A stretch of 64,000 nt of DNA from Eledone cirrhosa (Eukaryota): NCBI GenBank assembly GCA_964016885.1, contig CAXHJY010000898.1:62001-126000 (forward strand), in the 5' to 3' direction. A program made the position numbers and the translations under genes. Shown here one piece after another: positions 1-12,400 of this stretch. How positions within the stretch are numbered: position 1 is the first letter of the stretch; each line of letters begins with the position of its first letter. Under the pieces are notes generated by a model. That model saw only the letters and a list, made by a program, of their open reading frames with translations. It had not been told where the DNA came from and did not search any database.

Positions 1-99
1 TTAGCTTAGCTTAGCTTAGGATAGCTTAGCTTAGCTTAGCTTAGTATAGCTTAGCTTAGCTTAGCTTAGGATAGCTTAGCTTAGCTTAGCTTAGGATAG

Positions 100-1080
100 C
101 TTAGCTTAGCTTAGGATAGCTTAGCTTAGCTTAGCTTAGGATAGCTTAGCTTAGCTTAGCTTAGGATAGCTTAGCTTAGCTTAGCTTAGGATAGCTTAGC
201 TTAGCTTAGTTTAGGATAGCTTAGGTTAGGATAGCTTAGCTTAGCTTAGCTTAGGATAGCTTAGCTTAGCTTAGCTTAGCTTAGGATAGCTTAGCTTAGC
301 TTAGCTTAGGATAGCTTAGCTTAGCTTAGGATAGCTTAGCTTAGCTTAGCTTAGGATAGCTTAGCTTAGCTTAGCTTAGGATAGCTTAGCTTAGCTTAGC
401 TTAGGATAGCTTAGCTTAGCTTAGCTTAGGATAGCTTAGCTTAGCTTGGCTTAGGATAGCCTAGCTTAGCTTAGCTTAGGATGGCTTAGCTTAGCTTAGC
501 TTAGGATAGCTTAGCTTAGCTTAGCTTAGCTTAGTTTAGGATAGCTTAGCTTAGCTTAGCTTAGGATAGCTTAGGATAGCTTAGCTTAGGATAGCTTAGG
601 ATAGCTTAGCTTAGGATAGCTTAGGATAGCTTAGCTTAGGATAGCTTAGCTTAGGATAGCTTAGCTTAGGATAGCTTATGATAGCTTAGCTTAGGATAGC
701 TTAGGATAGCTTAGGATAGCTTAGCTTAGGATAGCTTAGCTTAGGATAGCTTAGGAAAGCTTAGCTTAGCTTAGCTTAGGATAGCTTAGCTTAGCTTAGG
801 ATAGCTTAGCTTAGCTTAGCTTAGCTTAGGATAGCTTAGCTTAGCTTAGCTTAGCTTAGCTTAGGATAGCTTAGGATAGCTTAGCTTAGGATAACTTAGG
901 ATAGCTTAGCTTAGGATAGCTTAGGATAGCTTAGCTTAGGATAGCTTAGCTTAGGATAGCTTAGCTTAGCTTAGCTTAGCTTAGGATAGCTTAGGATAGC
1001 TTAGGATAGCTTAGCTTAGGATAGCTTAGCTTAGGATAGCTTAGGATAGCTTAGCTTAGCTTAGCTTAGGATAGCTTAGC
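100..1080 (+). repeat. ~1-kb module repeated at ~3300-3930 (partial) and ~12930-13900
   Basis: TTGGC 446, CTAGC 461, ATGGC 481, TTAGT 531, TTATG 676, AAAGC 756 and ATAAC 891 recur at 3476/3491/3506/3556/3701/3741/3871 and at 13277/13292/13312/13362/13507/13587/13712. Confidence 0.88.
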
Positions 1081-4000
1081 TTAGCTTAGCTTAGGATAGC
1101 TTAGCTTAGCTTAGCTTAGCTTAGGATAGCTTAGCTTAGCTTAGGATAGCTTAGGATAGCTTAGCTTAGGATAGCTTAGGATAGCTTAGCTTAGGATAGC
1201 TTAGGATAGCTTAGCTTAGGATAGCTTAGGATAGCTTAGCTTAGGATAGCTTAGCTTAGGATAGCTTAGGATAGCTTAGCTTAGCTTAGCTTAGGATAGC
1301 TTAGCTTAGCTTAGCTTAGGATAGCTTAGCTTAGCTTAGCTTAGGATAGCTTAGCTTGGGATAGCTTAGGATAGCTTAGCTTAGGATAGCTTAGCTTAGG
1401 ATAGCTTAGGATAGCTTAGCTTAGCTTAGCTTAGGATAGCTTACCTTAGCTTAGGATAGATTAGCTTAGCTTAGCTTAGGATAGCTTAGCTTAGCTTAGG
1501 ATAGCTTAGCTTAGCTTAGCTTAGGATAGCTTAGCTTAGGATAGCTTAGCTTAGGATAGCTTAGCTTAGGATAGCTTAGCTTAGGATAGCTTAGCTTAGG
1601 ATAGCTTAGCTTAGCTTAGGTTAGCTTAGCTTAGCTTAGCTTAGGATAGCTTAGCTTAGGATAGCTTAGGATAGCTTAGCTTAGCTTAGCTTAGGATAGC
1701 TTAGCTTAGCTTAGCTTAGTATAGCTTAGCTTAGCTTAGCTTAGGATAGCTTAGCTTAGCTTAGCTTAGGATAGCTTAGCTTAGCTTAGGATAGCTTAGC
1801 TTAGCTTAGCTTAGTATAGCTTAGCTTAGCTTAGCTTAGGATAGCTTAGCTTAGCTTAGCTTAGGATAGCTTAGCTTAGCTTAGGATAGCTTAGCTTAGG
1901 ATAGCTTAGCTTAGGATAGCTTAGCTTAGGTTAGCTTAGCTTAGCTTAGCTTAGGATAGCTTAGGATAGCTTAGCTTAGGATAGCTTAGCTTAGCTTAGC
2001 TTAGGATAGCTTAGCTTAGCTTAGCTTAGGATAGCTTAGCTTAGCTTAGCTTAGGATAGCTTAGCTTAGCTTAGCTTAGGATAGCTTAGCTTAGGATAGC
2101 TTAGGATAGCTTAGCTTAGCTTAGCTTAGGATAGCTTAGCTTAGCTTAGCTTAGGATAGCTTAGCTTAGCTTAGCTTAGGATAGCTTAGCTTAGCTTAGG
2201 ATAGCTTAGCTTAGCTTAGCTTAGGATAGCTTAGCTTAGCTTAGCTTAGGATAGCTTAGCTTAGCTTAGCTTAGGATAGCTTAGGATAGCTTAGGATAGC
2301 TTAGCTTAGCTTAGCTTAGGATAGCTTAGCTTAGCTTAGCTTAGGATAGCTTAGCTTAGCTTAGCTTAGGATAGCTTAGCTTAGCTTAGCTTAGGATAGC
2401 TTAGCTTAGGATAGCTTAGGATAGCTTAGCTTAGCTTAGCTTAGGATAGCTTAGCTTAGCTTAGCTTAGGATAGCTTAGCTTAGCTTAGGATAGCTTAGC
2501 TTAGCTTAGCTTAGGATAGCTTAGCTTAGCTTAGCTTAGGATAGCTTAGCTTAGCTTAGCTTAGGATAGCTTAGGATAGCTTAGGATAGCTTAGCTTAGC
2601 TTAGCTTAGGATAGCTTAGCTTAGCTTAGCTTAGGATAGCTTAGCTTAGCTTAGCTTAGGATAGCTTAGCTTAGCTTAGGATAGCTTAGCTTAGCTTAGC
2701 TTAGGATAGCTTAGCTTAGCTTAGCTTAGGATAGCTTAGCTTAGCTTAGCTTAGGATAGCTTAGCTTAGCTTAGGATAGCTTAGCTTAGCTTAGCTTAGG
2801 ATAGCTTAGCTTAGGATAGCTTAGGATAGCTTAGCTTAGGATAGCTTAGCTTAGGATAGCTTAGGATAGCTTAGCTTAGCTTAGCTTAGGATAGCTTAGC
2901 TTAGCTTAGCTTAGGATAGCTTAGCTTAGCTTAGGATAGCTTAGCTTAGCTTAGCTTAGGATAGCTTAGCTTAGCTTAGCTTAGGATAGCTTAGGATAGC
3001 TTAGCTTAGCTTAGCTTAGGATAGCTTAGCTTAGCTTAGCTTAGGATAGCTTAGCTTAGCTTAGCTTAGGATAGCTTAGCTTAGGATAGCTTAGCTTAGG
3101 ATAGCTTAGCTTAGGTTAGCTTAGCTTAGCTTAGCTTAGGATAGCTTAGGATAGCTTAGCTTAGGATAGCTTAGCTTAGCTTAGCTTAGGATAGCTTAGC
3201 TTAGCTTAGCTTAGGATAGCTTAGCTTAGGATAGCTTAGGATTGCTTAGCTTAGCTTAGCTTAGGATAGCTTAGCTTAGCTTAGCTTAGGATAGCTTAGC
3301 TTAGCTTAGGATAGCTTAGCTTAGCTTAGCTTAGGATAGCTTAGCTTAGCTTAGCTTAGGATAGCTTAGCTTAGCTTAGCTTAGGATAGCTTAGCTTAGC
3401 TTAGCTTAGGATAGCTTAGCTTAGCTTAGCTTAGGATAGCTTAGCTTAGCTTAGCTTAGGATAGCTTAGCTTAGCTTGGCTTAGGATAGCCTAGCTTAGC
3501 TTAGGATGGCTTAGCTTAGCTTAGCTTAGGATAGCTTAGCTTAGCTTAGCTTAGCTTAGTTTAGGATAGCTTAGCTTAGCTTAGCTTAGGATAGCTTAGG
3601 ATAGCTTAGCTTAGGATAGCTTAGGATAGCTTAACTTAGGATAGCTTAGGATAGCTTAGCTTAGGATAGCTTAGCTTAGGATAGCTTAGCTTAGGATAGC
3701 TTATGATAGCTTAGCATAGGATAGCTTAGGATAGCTTAGGAAAGCTTAGCTTAGCTTAGCTTAGGATAGCTTAGCTTAGCTTAGGATAGCTTAGCTTAGC
3801 TTAGCTTAGCTTAGCTTAGGATAGCTTAGCTTAGCTTAGCTTAGGATAGCTTAGGATAGCTTAGCTTAGGATAACTTAGGATAGCTTAGCTTAGGATAGC
3901 TTAGGATAGCTTAGCTTAGGATAGCTTAGCTTAGCTTAGCTTAGGATAGCTTAGCTTAGCTTAGCTTAGGATAGCTTAGCTTAGCTTAGCTTAGCTTAGG

Positions 4001-6899
4001 ATAGCTTAGCTTAGCTTAGCTTAGGATAGCTTAGGATAGCTTAGCTTAGGATAGCTTAGCTTAGCTTAGCTTAGGATAGCTTAGCTTAGCTTAGCTTAGG
4101 ATAGCTTAGCTTAGCTTAGCTTAGGATAGCTTAGCTTAGCTTAGCTTAGCTTAGCTTAGGATAGCTTAGCTTAGCTTAGGATAGCTTAGCTTAGCTGAGC
4201 TTAGGATAGCTTAGCTTAGCTTAGGATAGCTTAGCTTAGCTTAGCTTAGGATAGCTTAGCTTAGCTTAGCTTAGGATAGCTTAGCTTAGCTTAGGATAGC
4301 TTAGCTTAGCTTAGCTTAGGATAGCTTAGCTTAGCTTAGCTTAGGATAGCTTAGCTTAGCTTAGCTTAGGATAGCTTAGCTTAGCTTAGGATAGCTTAGC
4401 TTAGCTTAGCTTAGGATAGCTTAGCTTAGCTTAGCTTAGGATAGCTTAGCTTAGCTTAGCTTAGGATAGCTTAGCTTAGCTTAGCTTAGGATAGCTTAGC
4501 TTAGCTTAGCTTAGGATTACTTAGCTTAGCTTAGCTTAGCTTAGGATAGCTTAGCTTAGGATAGCTTAGCTTAGCTTAGGATAGCTTAGCTTAGGATAGC
4601 TTAGCTTAGCTTAGCTTAGCTTAGGATAGCTTAGCTTAGCTTAGGATAGCTTAACTTAGCTTAGCTTAGCTTAGGATAGCTTAGCTTAGCTTAGCTTAGC
4701 TTAGGACAGCTTAGCTTAGCTTAGCTTAGGATAGCTTAGCTTAGCTTAGCTTAGGATAGCTTAGCTTAGCTTAGCTTAGGATAGCTTAGCTTAGCTTAGC
4801 TTAGGATAGCTTAGCTTAGCTTAGCTTAGGATAGCTTAGGATAGCTTAGCTTAGGATAGCTTAGGATAGCTTAGCTTAGGAGAGCTTAGCTTAGGATAGC
4901 TTAGCTTAGCTTAGCTTAGGATAGCTTAGCTTGGGATAGCTTAGGATAGCTTAGCTTAGGAAAGCTTAGCTTAGGATAGCTTAGCTTAGGATAGCTTAGC
5001 CTAGCTTAGCTTAGGATAGCTTAGCTTAGCTTAGCTTAGGATAGCTTAGCTTAGCTTAGGATAGCTTAGCTTAGCTTAGCTTAGGATAGCTTAGCTTAGC
5101 TTAGCTTAGGATAGCTTAGCTTAGCTTAGCTTAGGATAGCTTAGCTTAGCTTAGCTTAGGATAGCTTAGCTTAGCTTAGGATAGCTTAGCTTAGGATAGC
5201 TTAGCTTAGGATAGCTTAGCTTAGGATAGCTTAGCTTAGGATAGCTTAGGATAGCTTAGCTTAGGATAGCTTAGGATAGCTTAGCTTAGGATAGCTTAGC
5301 TTAGCTTAGCTTAGGATATCTTAGCTTAGCTTAGGATAGCTTAGCTTAGCTTAGCTTAGGATAGCTTAGCTTAGGATAGCTTAGGATAGCTTAGCTTAGC
5401 TTAGCTTAGGATAGCTTAGCATAGCTTAGGATAGCTTAGCTTAGCTTAGGATAGCTTAGCTTAGCTTAGGATAGCTTAGCTTAGCTTAGCTTAGGATAGC
5501 TTAGCTTAGCTTAGCTTAGGATAGCTTAGCTTAGCTTAGCTTAGGATAGCTTAGGATAGCTTAGCTTAGGATAGCTTAGGATAGCTTAGCTTAGGATAGC
5601 TTAGCTTAGGATAGCTTAGCTTAGGATAGCTTAGCTTAGGATAGCTTAGGATAGCTTAGCTTAGGATAGCTTAGCTTAGGATAGCTTAGGATAGCTTAGC
5701 TTAGCTTAGGATAGCTTAGCTTAGCTTAGCTTAGGATAGCTTAGCTTAGCTTAGGATAGCTTAGCTTAGGATAGCTTAGGATAGCTTAGGATAGCTTAGC
5801 TTAGGATAGCTTAGCTTAGGATAGCTTAGGATAGCTTAGCTTAGGATAGCTTAGGATAGCTTAGCTTAGGATAGCTTAGCTTAGGATAGCTTAGCTTAGC
5901 TTAGCTTAGGAGAGCTTAGCTTAGGATAGCTTAGGATAGCTAGCTTAGGTAGCTTAGCTTAGGATAGCTTAGGATAGCTTAGCTTAGCTTAGCTTAGGAT
6001 AGCTTTGCTTAGCTTAGCTTAGGATAGCTTAGCTTAGCTTAGGATAGCTTAGCTTAGCTTACCTTAGGATAGCTTAGCTTTGCTTAGCTTAGGATAGCTT
6101 AGCTTAGCTTAGCTGAGGATAGCTTAGCTTAGCTTAGGATAGCTTAGCTTAGCTTAGCTTAGGATAGCTTAGCTTAGCTTAGCTTAGGATTACTTAGCTT
6201 AGCTTAGTTTAGCTTAGGATAGCTTAGCTTAGGATAGCTTAGCTTAGCTTAGCTTAGGATAGCTTAGCTTAGCTTAGCTTAGCTTAGGATAGCTAAGCTT
6301 AGCTTAGGATAGCTTAGCTTAGCTTAGCTTAGGATAGCTTAGCTTAGCTTAGCTTAGCTTAGGACAGCTTAGCTTAGCTTAGCTTAGGATAGCTTAGCTT
6401 AGCTTAGCTTAGGATAGCTTAGCTTAGCTTAGCTTAGTATAGCTTAGCTTAGCTTAGGATAGCTTAGGATAGCTTAGCTTAGGATAGCTTAGGATAGCTT
6501 AGCTTAGGATAGCTTAGGATAGCTTAGCTTAGGATAGCTTAGCTTAGGATAGCTTAGCTTAGCTTAGCTTAGGATAGCTTAGCTTGGGATAGCTTAGGAT
6601 AGCTTAGCTTAGGAAAGCTTAGCTTAGGATAGCTTAGCTTAGGATAGCTTAGGATAGCTTAGCTTAGCTTAGCTTAGGATAGCTTAGCTTAGCTTAGCTT
6701 AGGATAGCTTAGCTTAGCTTAGCTTAGGATAGCTTAGCTTAGCTTAGGATAGCTTAGCTTAGCTTAGCTTAGGATAGCTTAGCTTAGCTTAGCTTAGGAT
6801 AGCTTAGCTTAGGATAGCTTAGGATAGCTTAGCTTAGCTTAGCTTAGGATAGCTTAGCATAGCTTAGGATAGCTTAGCTTAGCTTAGGATAGCTTAGCT

Positions 6900-8520
6900 T
6901 AGCTTAGGATAGCTTAGCTTAGCTTAGCTTAGGATAGCTTAGCTTAGCTTAGCTTAGGATAGCTTAGCTTAGCTTAGCTTAGGATAGCTTAGGATAGCTT
7001 AGCCTAGCTTAGCTTAGGATAGCTTAGCTTAGCTTAGCTTAGGATAGCTTAGCTTAGCTTAGCTTAGGATAGCTTAGCTTAGCTTAGCTTAGGATAGCTT
7101 AGCTTAGGATAGCTTAGCTTAGCTTAGTTTAGGATAGCTTAGCTTAGGATAGCTTAGCTTAGCTTAGGATAGCTTAGCTTAGCTTAGCTTAGGATAGCTT
7201 AGCTTAGCTTAGCTTAGGATAGCTTAGCTTAGCTTAGCTTAGGATAGCTTAGCTTAGCTTGGCTTAGGATAGCTTAGCTTAGCTTAGCTTAGGATAGCTT
7301 AGCTTAGCTTAGCTTAGGATAGCTTAGCTTAGCTTAGGATAGCTTAGCTTAATTTAGGATAGCTTAGCTTAGCTTGGCTTAGGATAGCTTAGCTTAGCTT
7401 AGGATAGCTTAGCTTAGGATAGCTTAGGATAGCTTAGCTTAGCATAGCTTAGGATAGCTTAGCTTAGGATAGCTTAGGATAGCTTAGCTTAGGATAGCTT
7501 AGGATAGCTTAGCTTAGGATAGCTTAGGATAGCTTAGCTTAGGATAGCTTAGCTTAGGATAGCTTAGCTTAGCTTAGCTTAGGATAGCTTAGCTTAGCTT
7601 AGCTTAGGATAGCTTAGGATAGCTTAACTTAGGATAGCTTAGGATAGCTTAGCTTAGGATAGCTTAGCTTAGGATAGCTTAGCTTAGGATAGCTTAGCTT
7701 AGCTTAGGAGAGCTTAGCTTAGCTTAGCTTAGGATAGCTTAGCTTAGCTTAGCTTAGGATAGCTTAGCTTAGCTTAGCTTAGGATAGCTTAGGATAGCTT
7801 AGCCTAGCTTAGCTTAGGATAGCTTAGCTTAGCTTAGCTTAGGATAGCTTAGCTTAGCTTAGCTTAGGATAGCTTAGCTTAGCTTAGCTTAGGATAGCTT
7901 AGCTTAGGATAGCTTAGCTTAGCTTAGTTTAGGATAGCTTAGCTTAGGATAGCTTAGCTTAGCTTAGGATAGCTTAGATTAGCTTAGCTTAGGATAGCTT
8001 AGCTTAGCTTAGCTTAGGATAGCTTAGCTTAGCTTAGCTTAGGATAGCTTAGCTTAGCTTAGCTTAGGATAGCTTAGCTTAGCTTGGCTTAGGATAGCTT
8101 AGCTTAGCTTAGCTTAGGATAGCTTAGCTTAGCTTAGCTTAGGATAGCTTAGCTTAGCTTAGGATAGCTTAGCTTAATTTAGGATAGCTTAGCTTAGCTT
8201 GGCTTAGGATAGCTTAGCTTAGCTTAGCTTAGGATAGCTTAGCTTAGGATAGCTTAGGATAGCTTAGCTTAGCATAGCTTAGGATAGCTTAGCTTAGGAT
8301 AGCTTAGGATAGCTTAGCTTAGGATAGCTTAGGATAGCTTAGCTTAGGATAGCTTAGGATAGCTTAGCTTAGGATAGCTTAGCTTAGGATAGCTTAGCTT
8401 AGCTTAGCTTAGGATAGCTTAGCTTAGCTTAGCTTAGGATAGCTTAGGATAGCTTAGCTTAGGATAGCTTAGGATAGCTTAGCTTAGGATAGCTTAGCTT
8501 AGGATAGCTTAGCTTAGGAT
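6900..8520 (+). repeat. Tandem duplication of ~0.8 kb
   Basis: CTAGC 7004/7804, TTAGT 7124/7924, TTAAT 7349/8174, AGCAT 7441/8271. Offset is 800-830. Confidence 0.85.
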
Positions 8521-10479
8521 AGCTTAGCTTAGGATAGCTTAGGATAGCTTAGCTTAGGATAGCTTAGCTTAGGATAGCTTAGGATAGCTTAGCTTAGCTT
8601 AGGATAGCTTAGCTTAGCTTAGCTTAGGATAGCTTAGCTTAGCTTAGCTTAGGATAGCTTAGGATAGCTTAGCTTAGGATAGCTTAGGATAGCTTAGCTT
8701 AGGATAGCTTAGGATAGCTTAGCTTAGGATAGCTTAGCTTAGGATAGCTTAGCTTAGCTTAGCTTAGGAGAGCTTAGCTTAGGATAGCTTAGGATAGCTT
8801 AGCTTAGGATAGCTTAGCTTAGGATAGCTTAGGATAGCTTAGCTTAGCTTAGCTTAGGATAGCTTAGCTTAGCTTAGCTTAGGATAGCTTAGCTTAGCTT
8901 AGGATAGCTTAGCTTAGCTTACCTTAGGATAGCTTAGCTTAGCTTAGCTTAGGATAGCTTAGCTTAGCTTAGCTTAGGATAGCTTAGCTTAGCTTAGGAT
9001 AGCTTAGCTTAGCTTAGCTTAGGATAGCTTAGCTTAGCTTAGCTTAGGATTACTTAGCTTAGCTTAGCTTAGCTTAGGATAGCTTAGCTTAGGATAGCTT
9101 AGCTTAGCTTAGCTTAGGATAGCTTAGCTTAGCTTAGCTTAGCTTAGGATAGCTAAGCTTAGCTTAGGATAGCTTAGCTTAGCTTAGCTTAGGATAGCTT
9201 AGCTTAGCTTAGCTTAGCTTAGCTTAGGACAGCTTAGCTTAGCTTAGCTTAGGATAGCTTAGCTTAGCTTAGCTTAGGATAGCTTAGCTTAGCTTAGCTT
9301 AGTATAGCTTAGCTTAGCTTAGGATAGCTTAGGATAGCTTAGCTTAGGATAGCTTAGGATAGCTTAGCTTAGGATAGCTTAGGATAGCTTAGCTTAGGAT
9401 AGCTTAGCTTAGGATAGCTTAGCTTAGCTTAGCTTAGGATAGCTTAGCTTGGGATAGCTTAGGATAGCTTAGCTTAGGAAAGCTTAGCTTAGGATAGCTT
9501 AGCTTAGGATAGCTTAGGATAGCTTAGCTTAGCTTAGCTTAGGATAGCTTAGCTTAGCTTAGCTTAGGATAGCTTAGCTTAGCTTAGGATAGCTTAGCTT
9601 AGCTTAGGATAGCTTAGCTTAGCTTAGCTTAGGATAGCTTAGCTTAGCTTAGGATAGCTTAGCTTAGCTTAGCTTAGGATAGCTTAGCTTAGCTTAGGAT
9701 AGCTTAGCTTAGCTTAGGATAGCTTAGCTTAGCTTAGGATAGCTTAGCTTAGGATAGTTTAGCTTAGGATAGCTTAGGATAGCTTAGCTTAGGATAGCTT
9801 AGGATAGCTTAGCTTAGGATAGCTTAGCTTAGCTTAGCTTAGGATAGCTTAGCTTAGCTTAGGTAGCTTAGCTTAGCTTAGCTTAGGATAGCTTAGCTTA
9901 GGATAGCTTAGGATAGCTTAGCTTAGCTTAGCTTAGGATAGCTTAGCATAGCTTAGGATAGCTTAGCTTAGCTTAGGTTAGCTTAGCTTAGCTTAGGATA
10001 GCTTAGCTTAGCTTAGCTTAGGATAGCTTAGCTTAGCTTAGCTTAGGATAGCTTAGCTTAGCTTAGCTTAGGATAGCTTAGCTTAGCTTAGCTTAGGATA
10101 GCTTAGCTTAGCTTAGCTTAGGATAGCTTAGCTTAGCTTAGCTTAGGATAGCTTAGCTTAGCTTAGCTTAGGATAGCTTAGCTTAGCTTAGTTTAGGATA
10201 GCTTAGCTTAGGATAGCTTAGCTTAGCTTAGGATAGCTTAGCTTAGCTTAGCTTAGGATAGCTTAGCTTAGCTTAGCTTAGGATAGCTCAGCTTAGCTTA
10301 GCTAAGGATAGCTTAGCTTAGCTTGGCTTAGGATAGCTTAGCTTAGCTTAGCTTAGGATAGCTTAGCTTAGCTTAGCTTAGGATAGCTTAGCTTAGCTTA
10401 GCTTAGGATAGCTTAGCTTAGCTTAGCTTAGGATAGCTTAGCTTAATTTAGGATAGCTTAGTTTAGCTTGGCTTAGGAT

Positions 10480-12400
10480 AGCTTAGCTTAGCTTTGCTTA
10501 GGATAGCTTAGCTTAGGATAGCTTAGGATAGCTTAGCTTAGCATAGCTTAGGATAGCTTAGCTTAGGATAGCTTAGCTTAGGATAGCTTAGGATAGCTTA
10601 GCTTAGGATAGCTTAGGATAGCTTAGCTTAGGATAGCTTAGCTTAGGATAGCTTAGCTTAGCTTAGATTAGGATAGCTTAGCTTAGCTTAGCTTAGGATA
10701 GCTTAGGATAGCTTAGCTTAGGATAGCTTAGGATAGCTTAGCTTAGGATAGCTTAGCTTAGGATAGCTTAGCTTAGGATAGCTTAGGATAGCTTAGCTTA
10801 GGATAGCTTAGCTTAGGATAGCTTAGGATAGCTTAGCTTAGCTTAGGATAGCTTAGCTTAGCTTAGCTTATGATAGCTTAGCTTAGCTTAGCTTAGCTTA
10901 GGATAGCTTAGCTTAGCTTAGCTTAGGATAGCTTAAGATAGCTTAGCTTAGGATAGCTTAGCTTAGCTTAGCTTAGGATAGCTTAGGATAGCTTAGCTTA
11001 GGATAGCTTAGGATAGCTTAGCTTAGGATAGCTTAGCTTAGGATAGCTTAGCTTAGCTTAGCTTAGGAGAGCTTAGCTTAGGAAAGCTTAGGATAGCTTA
11101 GCTTAGGATAGCTTAGCTTAGGATAGCTTAGGATAGCTTAGCTTAGCTTAGCTTAGGATAGCTTAGCTTAGCTTAGCTTAGGATAGCTTAGCTTAGCTTA
11201 GGATAGCTTAGCTTAGCTTACCTTAGGATAGCTTAGCTTAGCTTAGCTTAGGATAGCTTAGCTTAGCTTAGCTTAGGATAGCTTAGCTTAGCTTAGGATA
11301 GCTTAGCTTAGCTTAGGATAGCTTAGCTTAGGATAGCTTAGCTTAGGTTAGCTTAGCTTAGCTTAGCTTAGGATAGCTTAGGATAGCTTAGCTTAGGATA
11401 GCTTAGCTTAGCTTAGCTTAGGATAGCTTAGCTTAGCTTAGGATAGCTTAGCTTAGGATAGCTTAGGATAGCTTAGCTTAGCTTAGCTTAGCTTAGGATA
11501 GCTTAGCTTAGCTTAGGATAGCTTAGCTTAGCTTAGCTTAGGATAGCTTAGGATAGCTTAGGATAGCTTAGGATAGCTTAGCTTAGGATAGCTTAGCTTA
11601 GCTTAGCTTAGGATAGCTTAGCTTAGCTTAGCTTAGGATAGCTTAGCTTAGCTTAGGATAGCTTAGCTTAGCTTAGCTTAGGATAGCTTAGCTTAGCTTA
11701 GCTTAGGATAGCTTAGCTTAGCTTAGCTTAGGATAGCTTAGCTTAGCTTAACTTAGGATAGCTTAGCTTAGCTTAGCTTAGCTTAGGATAGCTTAGCTTA
11801 GCTTAGGATAGCTTAGCTTAGCTTAGCTTAGGATAGCTTAGCTTAGCTTAGGATAGCTTAGCTTAGCTTAGCTTAGGAGAGCTTAGCTTAGCTTAGCTTA
11901 GGATAGCTTAGCTTAGCTTAGCTTAGGATAGCTTAGCTTAGCTTAGCTTAGGATAGCTTAGCTTAGCTTAGCTTAGGATAGCTTAGCTTAGCTTAGCTTA
12001 GGATAGCTTAGCTTAGCTTAGCTTAGGATAGCTTAGCTTAGCTTAGCTTAGGATAGCTTAGGATAGCTTACCTTAGGAGAGCTTAGCTTAGGATAGCTTA
12101 GCTTAGGATAGCTTAGGATAACTTAGCTTAGGATAGCTTAGCTTAGGATAGCTTAGCTTAGGATAGCTTAGCTTAGGATAGCTTAGGATAGCTTAGCTTA
12201 GCTTAGGATAGCTTAGCTTAGCTTTGCTTAGGATAGCTTAGCTTAGCTTAGCTTAGGATAGCTTAGGATAGCTTAGCTTAGGATAGCTTAGGATAGCTTA
12301 GCTTAGGATAGCTTAGCTTAGGATAGCTTAGGATAGCTTAGCTTAGCTTAGCTTAGGATAGCTTAGCTTAGCTTAGCTTTGGATAGCTTAGCTTAGCTTA
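10480..12400 (+). repeat. ~1.9-kb block duplicated at ~13920-15860
   Basis: TTTGC 10493/13932, TTAGA 10663/14102, TTATG 10868/14307, TTACC 12068/15507, ATAAC 12118/15557, TTTGC 12223/15662 (offset 3439), TTTGG 12378/15837. Confidence 0.88.
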
